From Candidatus Amesbacteria bacterium (GTDB lineage: Bacteria; Patescibacteriota; Microgenomatia; CAZETR01; Amesbacteraceae), in contig CAVTQH010000004.1 of NCBI GenBank assembly GCA_963736875.1, positions 1,793 to 65,792 on the forward strand: DNA of 64,000 bases. The letters are read 5' to 3'. The stretch's first letter is position 1. Each line of letters starts with the position of its first letter. The notes beneath the pieces are model-generated. The model was given only the letters and a program-made list of their open reading frames with translations, searched no databases and was not told the DNA's origin. This document shows, in pieces, positions 1-11,606 of the stretch. The translations under genes and the position numbers were made by a program.

Positions 1-640
1 GAAAGTACCTAACCAGATTTATATTCCCTTCCATTTGCCATACATCTGCTTGCGGAGGTATATATATGGAGGATGATTGTGGAGTACTTGTCTTAATCAA
101 CATCATGCAATCGTAGAATTCTCCCCAAACGCTTCTCATCTTATCATCGTAAGAAGCCAAGGGGTTTTTAAATATTGGTAAAAATGATTTTCCAATGTAT
201 AAGAATGTCCCAAAAATATTTATAGAAGTCCAATATGCTAAAGAAACTATACTAAGTTTTACAAGAATATTTTTTTTTATGTTTATAAAAGGTATAAACG
301 TAGAGAGTAACAAGAAATATAGAGTTTGAATACCATAAATATTTATATGAAAATTTGAATATATATAATTGGGAAACTTTATTGACTCTTCAAATATAGC
401 TAAAACATAAACAGTAAATACTATTATCAGAAAAATTAATAATATTTTCTTTTTAGCTAAAGGTTTATTTATTAAAAAAGAAAATATTGTGAATAATGTT
501 AATAACCACTCAATTTTTATATGTGTATATTTATATACGACACCCGGAAATTTTATTATTTCTATAAAAGTTAATAATAAAATTAAAACAAACAACAAAA
601 TATAAAGTAAATAATTTGCACTCCGTTTAAATATTTTCAT
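1..640 (-). CDS. AT-rich multi-pass membrane protein, partial and frameshifted (probably glycan related)
   Basis: ATG at 640 on minus strand (MKIFKRSANYLLYIFVV...), hydrophobic Ile/Leu/Phe-rich coding, directly downstream of a GT2 gene; runs off the window. Confidence 0.4.
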   Translation of the reverse strand, partial: MKIFKRSANYLLYILLFVLILLLTFIEIIKFPGVVYKYTHIKIEWLLTLFTIFSFLINKPLAKKKILLIFLIIVFTVYVLAIFEESIKFPNYIYSNFHINIYGIQTLYFLLLSTFIPFINIKKNILVKLSIVSLAYWTSINIFGTFLYIGKSFLPIFKNPLASYDDKMRSVWGEFYDCMMLIKTSTPQSSSIYIPPQADVWQMEGNINLVRYF

Positions 641-653
641 AAAGTTGAGACGA

Positions 654-1430
654 TTACTTTAAAAATCTGTAAACAAGAATGACAATTTTATCGGCAACTT
701 TATGGATGAAAATTATAAAAGGATTTTTTGTATATCGCTTAATCACATCTGTATCTTCACGGAACTGCTTATCATAGAGGAGGCTACCCTTGGATTTTTT
801 GTGTACTCTGAATTGCGCGAAAGGCTGGTTCGCTCTGCCAGGAAGGCAGCATGCACTACACCTTAACCAATAATCGTAATCCATCACATACTTATATTTT
901 GTATTAAATAAACCAGTTTTTTTAACTAACGTTCTTTTTAAAAATACTGCAGGTTGATTTATGGTGTTAAAAATCAATAAAGCTATATTGTACTTATCAA
1001 CTGGCCATATATGTTTAAACCAAAAAGTCCAGGATAAATTCTTATTGGTTACCAAACAATCTCCTACAACCCACAATCTTTGGGATTGTCCTTAAAATAC
1101 CGGCTAACAGATATAAAAGTACCAGGTAAATAGAAGTCATCGGAATTAATATAGGCAAAGATTTCACCATTAGCCATTTCAATTCCACGATTAATTGCAT
1201 AAGCCTGACCTTTGTCTTTCTTGCTTTGAATAAAATTTTATTCTGGGATTATTCTTTAATTTATTTTCTGTATTTTTTAGAATTTCCACTGAATTATCAG
1301 AGGAGCCTCCGTCTATTACAAAATACTCAATCTCGAAATCCCCATCTTGGCTAATAACACTGTCTATCGTTTCTTGAAGATACGTCCCCTGATTAAATGA
1401 AGGAGTAATGATGGAAAACTTCACGTACAT
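654..1430 (-). CDS. GT2 glycosyltransferase (split by indel)
   Basis: ORF 1191-1430 has FSIITPSFNQ...VIDGGSSD; ORF 654-1076 has INQPAVF...YVMDYDYWLR; together one GT2 protein. Confidence 0.85.
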
Positions 1431-1479
1431 ATTCTAGCAGTTTTCCTATACGAAAGTTCATAATGTAAAATAAGAACTG

Positions 1480-2319
1480 ATGTCTTTGATGCTGCTGTTG
1501 TGTGTATTCTTGATTTCCGGTTTTGCGTTTTCTTTTTCTGCTTCTAGCGTTTTCCAAATTCTTTTTTATGTAGTTTCTCTTGTAATAGGTTACTTTTGCC
1601 TAAGTAAGAAAAAAGAGTATCGGAAAATACTGTTCATAGTTGTTTTATTCGGAGGAGTAATCAGCCTCATTATTATTTGCTCGAGTCGGCAAATTATGAC
1701 AATTTTGTTTTTTCCCATTTCCACTTTTTCCCGCAACACCTGTCGGTTGTTGTCGGTTTTCTGACCGGGTTGTATGTTTTGTCCCGGATGGCCAAACAAC
1801 ACCTGCCGTTGTCTTGTCGCTCCTGGTCGTAATCGCCTTCGGTTTTGCCGGAGTAACCGAAGCATCCGCTACAGCTGTAGCCAATTTGGGTTTTTGGCTT
1901 TATTCCCCCAAAGTATTGCAGACAGGGCAGTGGCTGAAATATACGGAAACGATCTGGAGTTTATTAATTTTATTAAAGATTCCACTCCGGACAATTCCTG
2001 AATTGTCATCCCGCCCGCTTACCCGGGGCGCCGGCATACAGCGGATATCTGGCTGATGTCATCATTTTTGTATCCCAGAAAAATTACCGCCTATTTTCCG
2101 GGTATGGATTTATCCAAGTTTGATTATGTGGTGATCACTTCGGAGTTCGACACGGAGCAAAAGCAGGGACAAACCTGGCCTGATTTTGATATCGGGAATG
2201 CCAGCGTGGTAATTTATGATTGGGATAACGATACGGGGGTGAAAATACCGGGAATAGGTTATAGCTTTAAAAACATCTCTGCCGTACCCGTATGGGGATT
2301 TATTTCCATGAATAAATAA
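1480..2319 (+). CDS. Hypothetical membrane protein (several indels)
   Basis: Successive hydrophobic ORF pieces 1480-1764, 1814-2056 and 2056-2319 in shifting frames. Confidence 0.5.
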
Positions 2320-2321
2320 CT

Positions 2322-3550
2322 ATGTATATTTTAGCCATCCTGAGCGTCTTTATTTTAGGCTGGTGCATAACCGGATTATTTCTTAAATCCGGTGATTTTT
2401 ATGAAAAACTTGGATTAAGTTTCCTCTCAGGTTTGCAGTGTTTTACCCTGGTGTTATTTATAGTCAATTACTTTTTCGGACTGCGCCTTGATTTGACCGG
2501 CAGCTGGTTGGTGATGCTCGTTCTGATTCTGGTACTTGTACCGTTTTCCTTGCGTCACCTGCGTTTCCAACTGCCCGTCTTTAAGCTTCCCGGATCTGCA
2601 TGGCAAAAATTGTTTTTATCCATCCTGGTAATACTGGCCGGATCAAGTCTGCTGGTCTCTTTCTGGAAACCGGTTGTTGACTGGGACGCTGTTACTATGT
2701 TCGATTACCGGGCAAAAATCATTTTGGATACGGGTTGGATTAAAGACACGCTTGTCCGGGATTCTATTGTTTCCTATCCGCTTTTACCTCCCTTTCGCAT
2801 TTTTGGCTGAGTACAAACGGCGCTTCCACTTCCATGCCGTTGTATCCGCTTTTGTATATTTCGTTTCTGCTGGTTTCATACTCTCTTTTAAAACGGGTAC
2901 TGCCGTCTTCCTGGGTATTGCCCGGCCTTTTGTTTTTGGCTACCGCTCCCAAAATGTTCGACCAGTCACTGATTGCATATGCAAACCTTCCGTATACGGT
3001 TTATTTGTTATTAGGTGCGGCTTATTTATATTTCTGGACAAAAACCAAAAATAAATCAGATCTGATTCTGGGAATATTATTAAGTTTGCTTAGTCTCTGG
3101 GTAAGGAGTTTCCCGTTTGCCATTGCCAATATTGTTTCAGTTTTGCTGGTATATCCTAAAACCCGAAAAACAACGCTGATATTCGGCTGTATCACCGGCT
3201 TGGTGATGGCTTATTATTTTTGGCCGATTAACCTATCCAGGGTGATTGCCACACTCGATTTTACCAAGTGGGCAGTTTTTGATTATTACTTTCCCTATAC
3301 CTGGGTATTTATTTTTCTTATAGCACATTCAATAATTTCGCGATCTAAAAATAATTACTGGTTAATTACGATTATTCTGTATTTTTTAATTTATATTGAA
3401 GGAAATTATTATTATTCAGGTATTAATCCGGATTTCGCCGGGATTCCAGACGCTGCCCAGCGGATGACGATGTTTCTCAGCCCTTCTATCCTATGGTTCT
3501 TTTATACTTATATAGCAGAAAATAAGAATGCCTTAATAAAAGGTATTTAA
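2322..3550 (+). CDS. GT-C-like integral membrane protein (split by indel)
   Basis: Many TM segments; loop motif PVVDWDAVTMFDYRAK...SYPLL typical of GT-C/PMT-like proteins; ORFs 2322-2810 and 2834-3550. Confidence 0.65.
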
Positions 3551-3551
3551 T

Positions 3552-4385
3552 ATGCCGAAAATTGTAGCCCATACTCTGGTCAAGAACCGAAGCCCGGTGG
3601 ATCTGGTTTGCACTCAGATCAGTTATTGATCATGTCGACGAGATAATGGTATGGGATACCGGTTCAGACGATTCGACCCCGGAAATTGTTAAGTCTATCG
3701 ACTCCCCGAAAATAAAATTCAAACAAATCGGTAAGGTTGACGCCGCCGGTCACACTGCAGCCCGCCAAAAGATGCTAAATCAAAGTGATTGCGACTGGAT
3801 ATTGATTCTGGACGGCGATGAAATCTGGTACAAAGACTCTTTGGCTGCCTGCTGTGAACTCATAACTCATAACCCATCGCTGTCAGCTGTCATTTCATCC
3901 GTTTATAAATGTGGTGGGGGACATCTACCACTATCAGGATCCCAAACGCAGCCGGTATCAACATCGGCAAATACCGCGGAACATTCAACTTGAGATTTAT
4001 TAACCGGAAAATTCCCGGTTTGCATGTAACCAATCCCCACGGCCGTCAGGAATACAGGGATGAAAATGAAATTTCCCTGCAGAATTTACCCCAGGATAAA
4101 CTTCAGTTGGTCAACTCTCCCTACCTGCATACCACACATCTTCCCCGGTCGCTTTCCAAAAAAACAGATGTTCAAACCCTAAAACGCAGTTTTAAATTTA
4201 AATATGAATTAGGCAGTCGTTTTCCTGCAGATTTTGTATATCCGGAAGTATTTTATCTTCCCAGACCGGATATAGTTCCCGATCCCTGGATACATCAGGG
4301 AACTGAATATCTAGCAAAAAGCCTGATTTTCGAACCCGTAAGAATCGTAAAGAATTTAGTTTCCGGGCAAAAGAGCGGATATTAA
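3552..4385 (+). CDS. GT2 glycosyltransferase (two indels)
   Basis: ATG 3552 MPKIVAHTLVKN..., VWDTGSDD, WILILDGDE (DxD); C-terminal part in ORF 3909-4385. Confidence 0.8.
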
Positions 4386-5120
4386 ATGAATTATTACCAA
4401 ATATCCAAAAAAGCCAGCTCGGAAATCGGAAATCACGAGGGACTTTTGTATTTGAAAGATCTCTGCCGAAACGCCAAAAATTTTGGATGTGGGTTGCGGG
4501 GAGGGGACCAGGTTAAACACTTTATTGCCTGAAGGCTCCAGGGGATGGGGTGTAGATATATCCGACGAAGCTATCAGGCTGGCTAAAAAACAGTACCCAC
4601 GACACTATTTCAAAAATGGGGCAGGGGAGAATCTTCCATATCCGGATGCAAATTTTGATCTGGTTTATTCTGCATTTGCCATAGAACACTGTGCAGATCC
4701 GGAAAAGTTTATCAAAGAGATGGTTCGGGTATGCCGGCCGGGCGGACATATAGTGATTTTGGCTCCAAACTATGGTGCACCCGGAAGGCGCAGCCCGGTC
4801 TCAACCGAAAATCCCTACAACAAATTATTCGAAGGGTTGCTAAAAGATGTTTTTCCCTATCCGGGTCTTGACTGGCGCCGGGTGATTCCCCGTACCGAAT
4901 ACAACAGAGCCGACGACGACACAACCTTTGAACCCTATCTGAAATCCCTGGTCTATTTTTTAAAAAAATCGGATTATCCATCGATAAATACTCATCGTTG
5001 TGGTCATTGGAACCCAACGATACGAATTTAAGAAAATCAGTCATTAGAAAATCAGGTCAATCAGGAATTTGGCCTTTCGAATTCTGGGGTCCGCAGATTT
5101 TTGTTTCGGCTGTAAAATAA
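4386..5120 (+). CDS. Class I SAM-dependent methyltransferase (indels)
   Basis: DVGCGEG motif I, GVDIS, LPYPDANFDLV, EMVRVCRPGG. Confidence 0.85.
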
Positions 5121-5855
5121 TCTAAGTATAGAGAATTATTCTCCAAAAGTTATTGCTCGATCAAACCCGGAGAAAAGGTTTTAGATGTGGGGGGAAGTAT
5201 GAAACAACTGGAACATATTCAGGTGGATACATTAGTCGACATTATCCATCCCGATGACTCCAGATATAACCTAGTCGGTCTACTCGCCCGCAACTTTGTC
5301 CGCCTGGACATCGAATCCGATCCGTTTCCTTTTCGGGATAAAGAATTCGATGTCTGTATATGTTCCCACACTCTGGAAGACCTGCACCACCCCTTCCTTG
5401 TTATTCAAGAAATGGCCAGGGTTGCCAAAAGAGGGGTAATTATCACTCCTAGTCGGGGTAAGGACAGCGAATTCGGACCGGTTAATTTTATTAATTGGGG
5501 GACAGGATCACGCCGGGTCCCAGGTCTAGCTCATCATTTGTGGTTTTTTGAGGTAAAAGGGGGATCAACTGGTGGTTACACCTAAAAATTATCCCCTGCT
5601 TCACTCCTCAAGGATACAATTTATCCGGTGGTTGGGGGAAACTGAATGTGTTTACCTGTGGCAGAAAAAAATACATCTGGTCTATGATCGGAACCTGAAT
5701 CTTGATTTTCCCAGCCTAATTTCCAACTATCGGCAGTTTATGGCTGCGAATCTTGGGATAAAATTAATAAGGGAAGGGCGGTGTTTTACATAGACAATCC
5801 CTTAAGATATTTTTTAGAATATGCCAAACAGTTATTCAGCTTTCTAAAAAAGTAG
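5121..5855 (+). CDS. Methyltransferase-domain protein (indels; start approximate)
   Basis: KVLDVGG, PFPFRDKEFDVCICSHTLED, EMARVAKRG. Confidence 0.75.
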
Positions 5856-5856
5856 G

Positions 5857-6830
5857 ATGAAAGTTTTCTTAAGTTTTTTCAACGGTTTGTCCAATCGGGG
5901 AGCGGAAACTTTTGTGCATGAGTTGGCTTCAGGCCTTTCCCGGGATTTCCGGGTAAGCGTTTACCAAAACGGTAAACCCGATTCAAGTTTGCCCTATGAG
6001 GTCAAATTCTTACCGTCTCTTTACTCACTTCCCCGCTTTGAACCCTATCCTGATATCATTATTCCCGTAAACGGCCGGATGCAAAGTGTTTTAACCCGTA
6101 TTTGGGCTTTGACTCACAATGCCAAAGTGATAATTTCCGGCCAGTCGGGAATCGGATTTGATGACCGGCTAAACCTGCTGACTTTTCCCGATGCTTTCGT
6201 AGGTTTTACCGATTATCAATGCTCCTGGGCCGGGAAAGCCAACCCGCTGGTGAAAATTGTCAAAATTCCTGACGGAGTGAATTTAGAAAAATTTAATCCC
6301 GGAGTCCCTCCCCAGAAAATCGACTTACCCCGTCCGATTATCATGTACACGGCCGCCCTGGAAAAGATAAAACGCTGTGATTTACTGATTGAAGCAGTCA
6401 GTCTGACCCAGGCTTCGCTATTAATCGTCGGGAAAGGGAGTCTTGAAGATTCGATTTCCGCTCTGGGACAGCAAAAACTCGGGTCAAAAAGATTCCAGAT
6501 AATATCAGTTCCCTACACGCAAATGCCGGAAATATACACGGCCTGCGATCTGTATGCATATCCGACCTCACCCTGGGAGTCTTTTGGTCTGTCTATATTG
6601 GAAGCGATGGCCACTGACCTTCCGGTAGTAGCCACGGATGACCCGATCCGCCGGGAAATCGTGGAAAGGCGGGAAAATTTGCCGATCCGCAAAATCCGTC
6701 TGCGTTTGCCGCCCAAATTAATCTGGCGCTGAAGACCAAGTGGGGAAATTTGCCGCAAAAGCAGGCCCAATCGTATTCCTGGGATAAAATAGTTAATAGT
6801 TACTCAAAACTGATTCAGAAGCTATCCTGA
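5857..6830 (+). CDS. GT4 glycosyltransferase (3' indel)
   Basis: NRGAETF, IPDGVN, ESFGLSILEAMATDLPVV (Ex7E motif). Confidence 0.85.
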
Positions 6831-6836
6831 AATCTT

Positions 6837-7589
6837 ATGCAGGTATCAGTCGCCATAATTGCCCGTGACGCTCAAAAGTTTTTACCCAAATGCCTTGACA
6901 GCATCAGGAACCTTTCCGACGACATTGTGGTGGTTATCGACAAAAGAACAACCGATACCACCCCCCAAATTGCCAAGCAATTCCAAGCCGGGGTTTTTTA
7001 CCGTGATTTTGACGATTTCGCTTCACAGAAAAACTATGCGGTTTCCCAAACCAGGTACAACTGGGTGTTGTCGCTGGATGCTGATGAAACAGCTTCCGAA
7101 GGTTTGGTTAAAGCCATCAAAAATCTGCCGGCGATACCGGTTTTTTCAAATTACAGGATCCCCCGCCAAAACCTGATTTTCGGAAAACTTATTAAATACA
7201 CAAACTGGGATCCTTACGGGTTAATCAGGTTATTTGATAAAAGGGAAGGCCGCTGGGAGGGTGAAGTCCACGAGGAAATCGTTTCAACCGGTCAAAGCGG
7301 ACGCCTTTTCGACCCCATTTATCACGATAACTACCGGAGTGTGGATGAGTTTATGACCCGGCAGGATGGTTATTCATCCAGGCAGGCTGATAGATTGTTT
7401 AAACAGGGGACAAAATTCAGTTTTATGCAGTTCCTGTGGCAGCCGAAATTGGATTTTTTACGCCGTTACATTATCCATACCGGCTTTTTTGACGGCTGGC
7501 ATGGGTTATTTTTGAGCTACCTGATGGCGATTTATCATTTTTCGGTGTGGATAAAGCTGTGGCAAAAATATCAAAAAGCCTCCTCCTGA
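6837..7589 (+). CDS. GT2 glycosyltransferase (WaaE/KdtX-like)
   Basis: DFASQKN, WVLSLDADE, VHE, GFFDGWHG. Confidence 0.85.
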   Translation: MQVSVAIIARDAQKFLPKCLDSIRNLSDDIVVVIDKRTTDTTPQIAKQFQAGVFYRDFDDFASQKNYAVSQTRYNWVLSLDADETASEGLVKAIKNLPAIPVFSNYRIPRQNLIFGKLIKYTNWDPYGLIRLFDKREGRWEGEVHEEIVSTGQSGRLFDPIYHDNYRSVDEFMTRQDGYSSRQADRLFKQGTKFSFMQFLWQPKLDFLRRYIIHTGFFDGWHGLFLSYLMAIYHFSVWIKLWQKYQKASS

Positions 7590-8974
7590 TTTTAATTTTG
7601 GGTTTCGGCCTGAGGCTTGTTAATCTCGGGCAGAGTTTTTGGCTGGACGAAGCTTCCCAGGCAGTCATGTCCTCCCAATCCGTAGCCTCGATCTGGTCCG
7701 GCCGGGGAAGCGACTTTCATCCGCCGTTGTATTATCTGCTTATTCATTTCTGGGAACTTTTCGGCCGGAGTGAAACTTGGCTTCGCCTGCCCTCGGTTCT
7801 TTTCGGGGTAGCCAATTTATATCTGGTATACCTTCTGGCAAATAGGTTATTACCTGATTTAAAACTGAAAATCCGCAACCGGTCATTTTCTGCGGGAGAG
7901 GTATCAGCCTTCCTTCTGGCCATCAATCCCTTTCATATCTACTATTCCCAGGAATTCCGGTCTTATATGCTTCTGTGTTTTTTAGGCACCTTGGCGGTAT
8001 ATTTACTGCACCTTCGCCGTTTTTGGTGGCTGGCTGCGGTAAATGCCCTGTTGTTTTATACCCATTATTCCTCAGTTCCTTTGTTTTTGACCCAGTTTTT
8101 GTATATTCTGCTTTACGACAAACGCGATCTGAAGCGGTTTATTACCTCCGGACTGCTTTTTGTAATTCTTATTTTACCCTGGATGCCGGAGCTCGTGAAA
8201 CAAATGTCATCAGGCATCAATATCGACAGCTATCTCCCCGGCTGGAGGCAGGTTTTAAGTCTTTCGCCCCTTAAAGCTCTGCCGGTAACGTTGTTTAAAC
8301 TGGTAGCCGGCCGGATTAATTTCATTTCCACCATTGTTTACTTAACCTACATCATCTTTGTTTTCGCAGTCGTATTTCTGGCTTTCAGGGCGGTTAAATT
8401 TCAGCGCCGTTTTTTGTTTACTCTGGCGCTGACCCCGATAATTCTGATGATTCTTATTTCTTTTGTATTTCCCCAAAATCAGCCTTTCAGGGTAATTTAT
8501 ATCCTGCCGGTACTGATGATTATTTTTGCCCAGGCCTGCCTGAAATTTCCCAAACTTTTCCTGACTTTATTTATTTATATCGCCCTGGTCGGAAATCTGG
8601 CTTATTTTACCCGCCCCAGGCTGCAGCGTGAACAGTGGCGCCAGGCTATAGAATTTCTGGCCGGCCGTTATTCTGACACCGCTTCTATTGTGGTCAAATT
8701 TTCCGACAAATTCTCACCTTTCTATTGGTACAATCCGCAACTTCCGGTAATCGCTTCCGTGCATGGTTATCCCGCCCGTTCAGCTCAAGTGGCATCCTCC
8801 CTGTCTTCCCTGCCCTTAAACGGCGTAAAAACAGTCTTTTTATTGGATTATCTGGGCGATTTGACTGATCCCAACCGGGAAGTCGACAGGGTGATCATGG
8901 ATTTGGGATATACCAAGGAGAAAACATTCAATTTCGAAGGTGTCGGATTTATTCACCTGTATCATCGGCTATAA
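7547..8974 (+). CDS. GT-C glycosyltransferase (PMT/ArnT-like)
   Basis: LRLVNLGQSFWLDEA, DFHPPLYY, LRLPSVLFG, YYSQEFRSY; about 11 TM segments. Confidence 0.85.
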   Translation: MDKAVAKISKSLLLILILGFGLRLVNLGQSFWLDEASQAVMSSQSVASIWSGRGSDFHPPLYYLLIHFWELFGRSETWLRLPSVLFGVANLYLVYLLANRLLPDLKLKIRNRSFSAGEVSAFLLAINPFHIYYSQEFRSYMLLCFLGTLAVYLLHLRRFWWLAAVNALLFYTHYSSVPLFLTQFLYILLYDKRDLKRFITSGLLFVILILPWMPELVKQMSSGINIDSYLPGWRQVLSLSPLKALPVTLFKLVAGRINFISTIVYLTYIIFVFAVVFLAFRAVKFQRRFLFTLALTPIILMILISFVFPQNQPFRVIYILPVLMIIFAQACLKFPKLFLTLFIYIALVGNLAYFTRPRLQREQWRQAIEFLAGRYSDTASIVVKFSDKFSPFYWYNPQLPVIASVHGYPARSAQVASSLSSLPLNGVKTVFLLDYLGDLTDPNREVDRVIMDLGYTKEKTFNFEGVGFIHLYHRL

Positions 8975-8983
8975 TTCATACGT

Positions 8984-10075
8984 ATGCGTATCGGTATTGA
9001 TGTGTCCCAGGCAATTTTCGGAACCGGTGTGGCAGACTACACCATTGATCTGGTCCATGCTTTAAAGACTGCCGATCCGACCAACTCATATTCTCTTTTT
9101 GGATCTTCGATGAGGAGGGGAGGGGATATCCGCAGGCTTTTCCCCAAAGCCCGGATTTTTCGCCTTCCGCCCATGTTTTTGCATTACATGTGGAATTATC
9201 TGCATGTGGTAAATATCGAGAATTTCATCGGTCAGGTGGATGTTTTTCACTCTTCAGACTGGACCCAGCCTCCGGTTTCCTGCCCGGCCATAACCACGGT
9301 CCACGATCTCTCACCATTTTTATATCCCCAGGAGATGCAAAGCGGGGTTTTCAGAAACATTACCCAGGTACATGCCGCCAGAATGAATTGGGTGGTTAAA
9401 GAATGCGCCAAAATTATCTGCGTCTCCCAAAGTACTGCTTATGAGTTGGAAAATATTTTCAAAATCCCCTCATCACGTCTGGCGGTTATTCCTGAAGCCC
9501 TGCCCACCCGCTTTTCTTTCCATCCCAACGCCAAAGACATTACAAACGTCAAAAATCAATATCATTTGACCGATTACAGTCTGGCCATCGGTACTCCGCA
9601 GCCGCGGAAAAACATTTCCCGGCTGGTTAAAGCTTATTTAAACTTTTCCGCCAAATATCGTTTACCGGAAAAACTGGTAATTGTCGGCGGTCACGGATGG
9701 GGAGTAACCGATATCCCTACCGATCCGCGGATCGTCCTTACCGGCTACATTCCTGATCTGGCGCTGTCATCTCTTTTGGCCGGAGCCAAAGCGCTGGCTT
9801 TTCCCTCTCTTCATGAGGGTTTTGGTTTACCGATTCTGATGGCCTTTTATCATCAGATTCCCGTGGTCACTTCAAATCTTTCATCCATGCCCGAAGTCGC
9901 CGGAAACGCGGCAATTCTGGTAGATCCCAAAGACGAGGAATCCATCGCCCATGGCCTGGAAAAAGCCGTCAAGAACCGGCTTAGCCTCGTCAAAGCCGGG
10001 AACCTGCGTCTGAAAGATTTTTCCTGGGATCAAACCGCACGCCGGACATTAATGGTTTACAGTCAATTGTGCTGA
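8984..10075 (+). CDS. GT4 glycosyltransferase (WbaZ/MtfB-like)
   Basis: MRIGID, TVHDL, PRKN, FPSLHEGFGLP, SSMPEVAG. Confidence 0.9.
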   Translation: MRIGIDVSQAIFGTGVADYTIDLVHALKTADPTNSYSLFGSSMRRGGDIRRLFPKARIFRLPPMFLHYMWNYLHVVNIENFIGQVDVFHSSDWTQPPVSCPAITTVHDLSPFLYPQEMQSGVFRNITQVHAARMNWVVKECAKIICVSQSTAYELENIFKIPSSRLAVIPEALPTRFSFHPNAKDITNVKNQYHLTDYSLAIGTPQPRKNISRLVKAYLNFSAKYRLPEKLVIVGGHGWGVTDIPTDPRIVLTGYIPDLALSSLLAGAKALAFPSLHEGFGLPILMAFYHQIPVVTSNLSSMPEVAGNAAILVDPKDEESIAHGLEKAVKNRLSLVKAGNLRLKDFSWDQTARRTLMVYSQLC

Positions 10076-10078
10076 ATA

Positions 10079-11593
10079 ATGTCCAGGTTAGATAAAATTT
10101 TTGCGAACCGGATTACCAAATGGTCGATTGTTTTTGTGGGACTGGCAGTATTTGCCATAGGAAATTGGTTTTTTAGAACCTTCATGACCAATTTTGATGA
10201 GCGGGATCATATTGCGGCCGGTTATCTAATGTCAAAAGGTTGGGTTTTATACAAAGATATTTTTTCTCATCATTTTCCACTCCCCTATTACTGGGTTAAA
10301 TTCTGGGATTTCCTGTGGGTAAACCAGCTGCCCTTCCGGGGAATAGCCATGTTCCGGTCCACCCTGACCATCTTTTACCTTTTCTGTTCACTTCTGGTGA
10401 TTATTAATCTGAAAAAGTTTTCAAACATTTTGGTATTTCTGGTATTCTTAATCAGCTTAATTCCTTTGTTGCCTCTATTCCACGGAAACATCCTGCTTTC
10501 AGAATCGTTTGCTTTTTTTCCGCTGCTGATGATAATTTGGATAGCTTTTTCCGGCTTAAATAACGATATAAAAATATCCCCTTGGCCGGCAATTTCCAGC
10601 GCAATCCTCTGTTCATTCAGCTTTTGGTCCCAACCCTTACTAATTCCCGTATTTCTTTTACCCGTATTTTATTTGAATAATTACAGGAAATTGTTTATTC
10701 AATTATCAGCTTTAACGATAATCACCCCGTTACTGATTTTCTTTCTGAACGGCTCTCTGAATAACTTTATTTCCATGGGTGTGATATTTAACCTGAAAAT
10801 ATATCCCCGTTACTACACTGATATTGAAGGTATTAAACCGGGATTGTCGAATATAATCCAAAAAATAATTGAAAACCAGACCTTGCTGACGCTAAAGATT
10901 AATATCCAAAATATTGTTCTTAACTCTCAACAAATCGGAAGCTGGGTATTGGTTATAACAGCATTGCTTTTACTGATTAAAAAAAATCTGAAATATTTAA
11001 TACTTTTACTGATCTCAATTGCTTTGGTCAGAATCAGAGAAGTAAAAATAAATCCGGGAGAACTGTTTAATTTTGGAATATTGCCCTACATGATGCTCAT
11101 TAATTTAGTATTTATGGCTTTAATTTACAGAATAAAAAAGAACCTAAAATTATTAGTGATCTTACCTTTTATGTTATATTTGTTCTTCTTGCTTAAGGCT
11201 GCAGAACCGATAATCAGACAATCGTCCATCCCCGGGTATAACTATCATGTATTTTGGAGTGATAGACAGGCAATCGGTCAGGAAATTAATAGTCTGATTA
11301 AAAACAATGACAAAATATTAATTTATCCTCATGATGTGGATTTATACTACTTTGCCAAAAGGACACCCCCGGATAAATTTTTGTATTGGTTTCCCTGGAT
11401 AAACGAAGTGGCAGCCTACAGGCAGGAGAGAGAACAATCAATCTCAAATAAGGTACCCAAAGTAATATATCTCGGTGACATGAAATTTAAAAACAATCCT
11501 AATTTCTACCAGGATATGTGGCCAAATATAACATCAGGGTACTCTCAAGCCACAACTGAAGGGAAATATAGCGGCATTTGGTCTAAAATATAA
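10079..11593 (+). CDS. GT-C-like membrane protein, AT-rich
   Basis: FDERDH...GWVLYKDIFSHHFPLPY loop, many TM segments, C-terminal soluble domain. Confidence 0.7.
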   Translation: MSRLDKIFANRITKWSIVFVGLAVFAIGNWFFRTFMTNFDERDHIAAGYLMSKGWVLYKDIFSHHFPLPYYWVKFWDFLWVNQLPFRGIAMFRSTLTIFYLFCSLLVIINLKKFSNILVFLVFLISLIPLLPLFHGNILLSESFAFFPLLMIIWIAFSGLNNDIKISPWPAISSAILCSFSFWSQPLLIPVFLLPVFYLNNYRKLFIQLSALTIITPLLIFFLNGSLNNFISMGVIFNLKIYPRYYTDIEGIKPGLSNIIQKIIENQTLLTLKINIQNIVLNSQQIGSWVLVITALLLLIKKNLKYLILLLISIALVRIREVKINPGELFNFGILPYMMLINLVFMALIYRIKKNLKLLVILPFMLYLFFLLKAAEPIIRQSSIPGYNYHVFWSDRQAIGQEINSLIKNNDKILIYPHDVDLYYFAKRTPPDKFLYWFPWINEVAAYRQEREQSISNKVPKVIYLGDMKFKNNPNFYQDMWPNITSGYSQATTEGKYSGIWSKI

Positions 11594-11606
11594 TTCAGAT
11601 ATCAAT

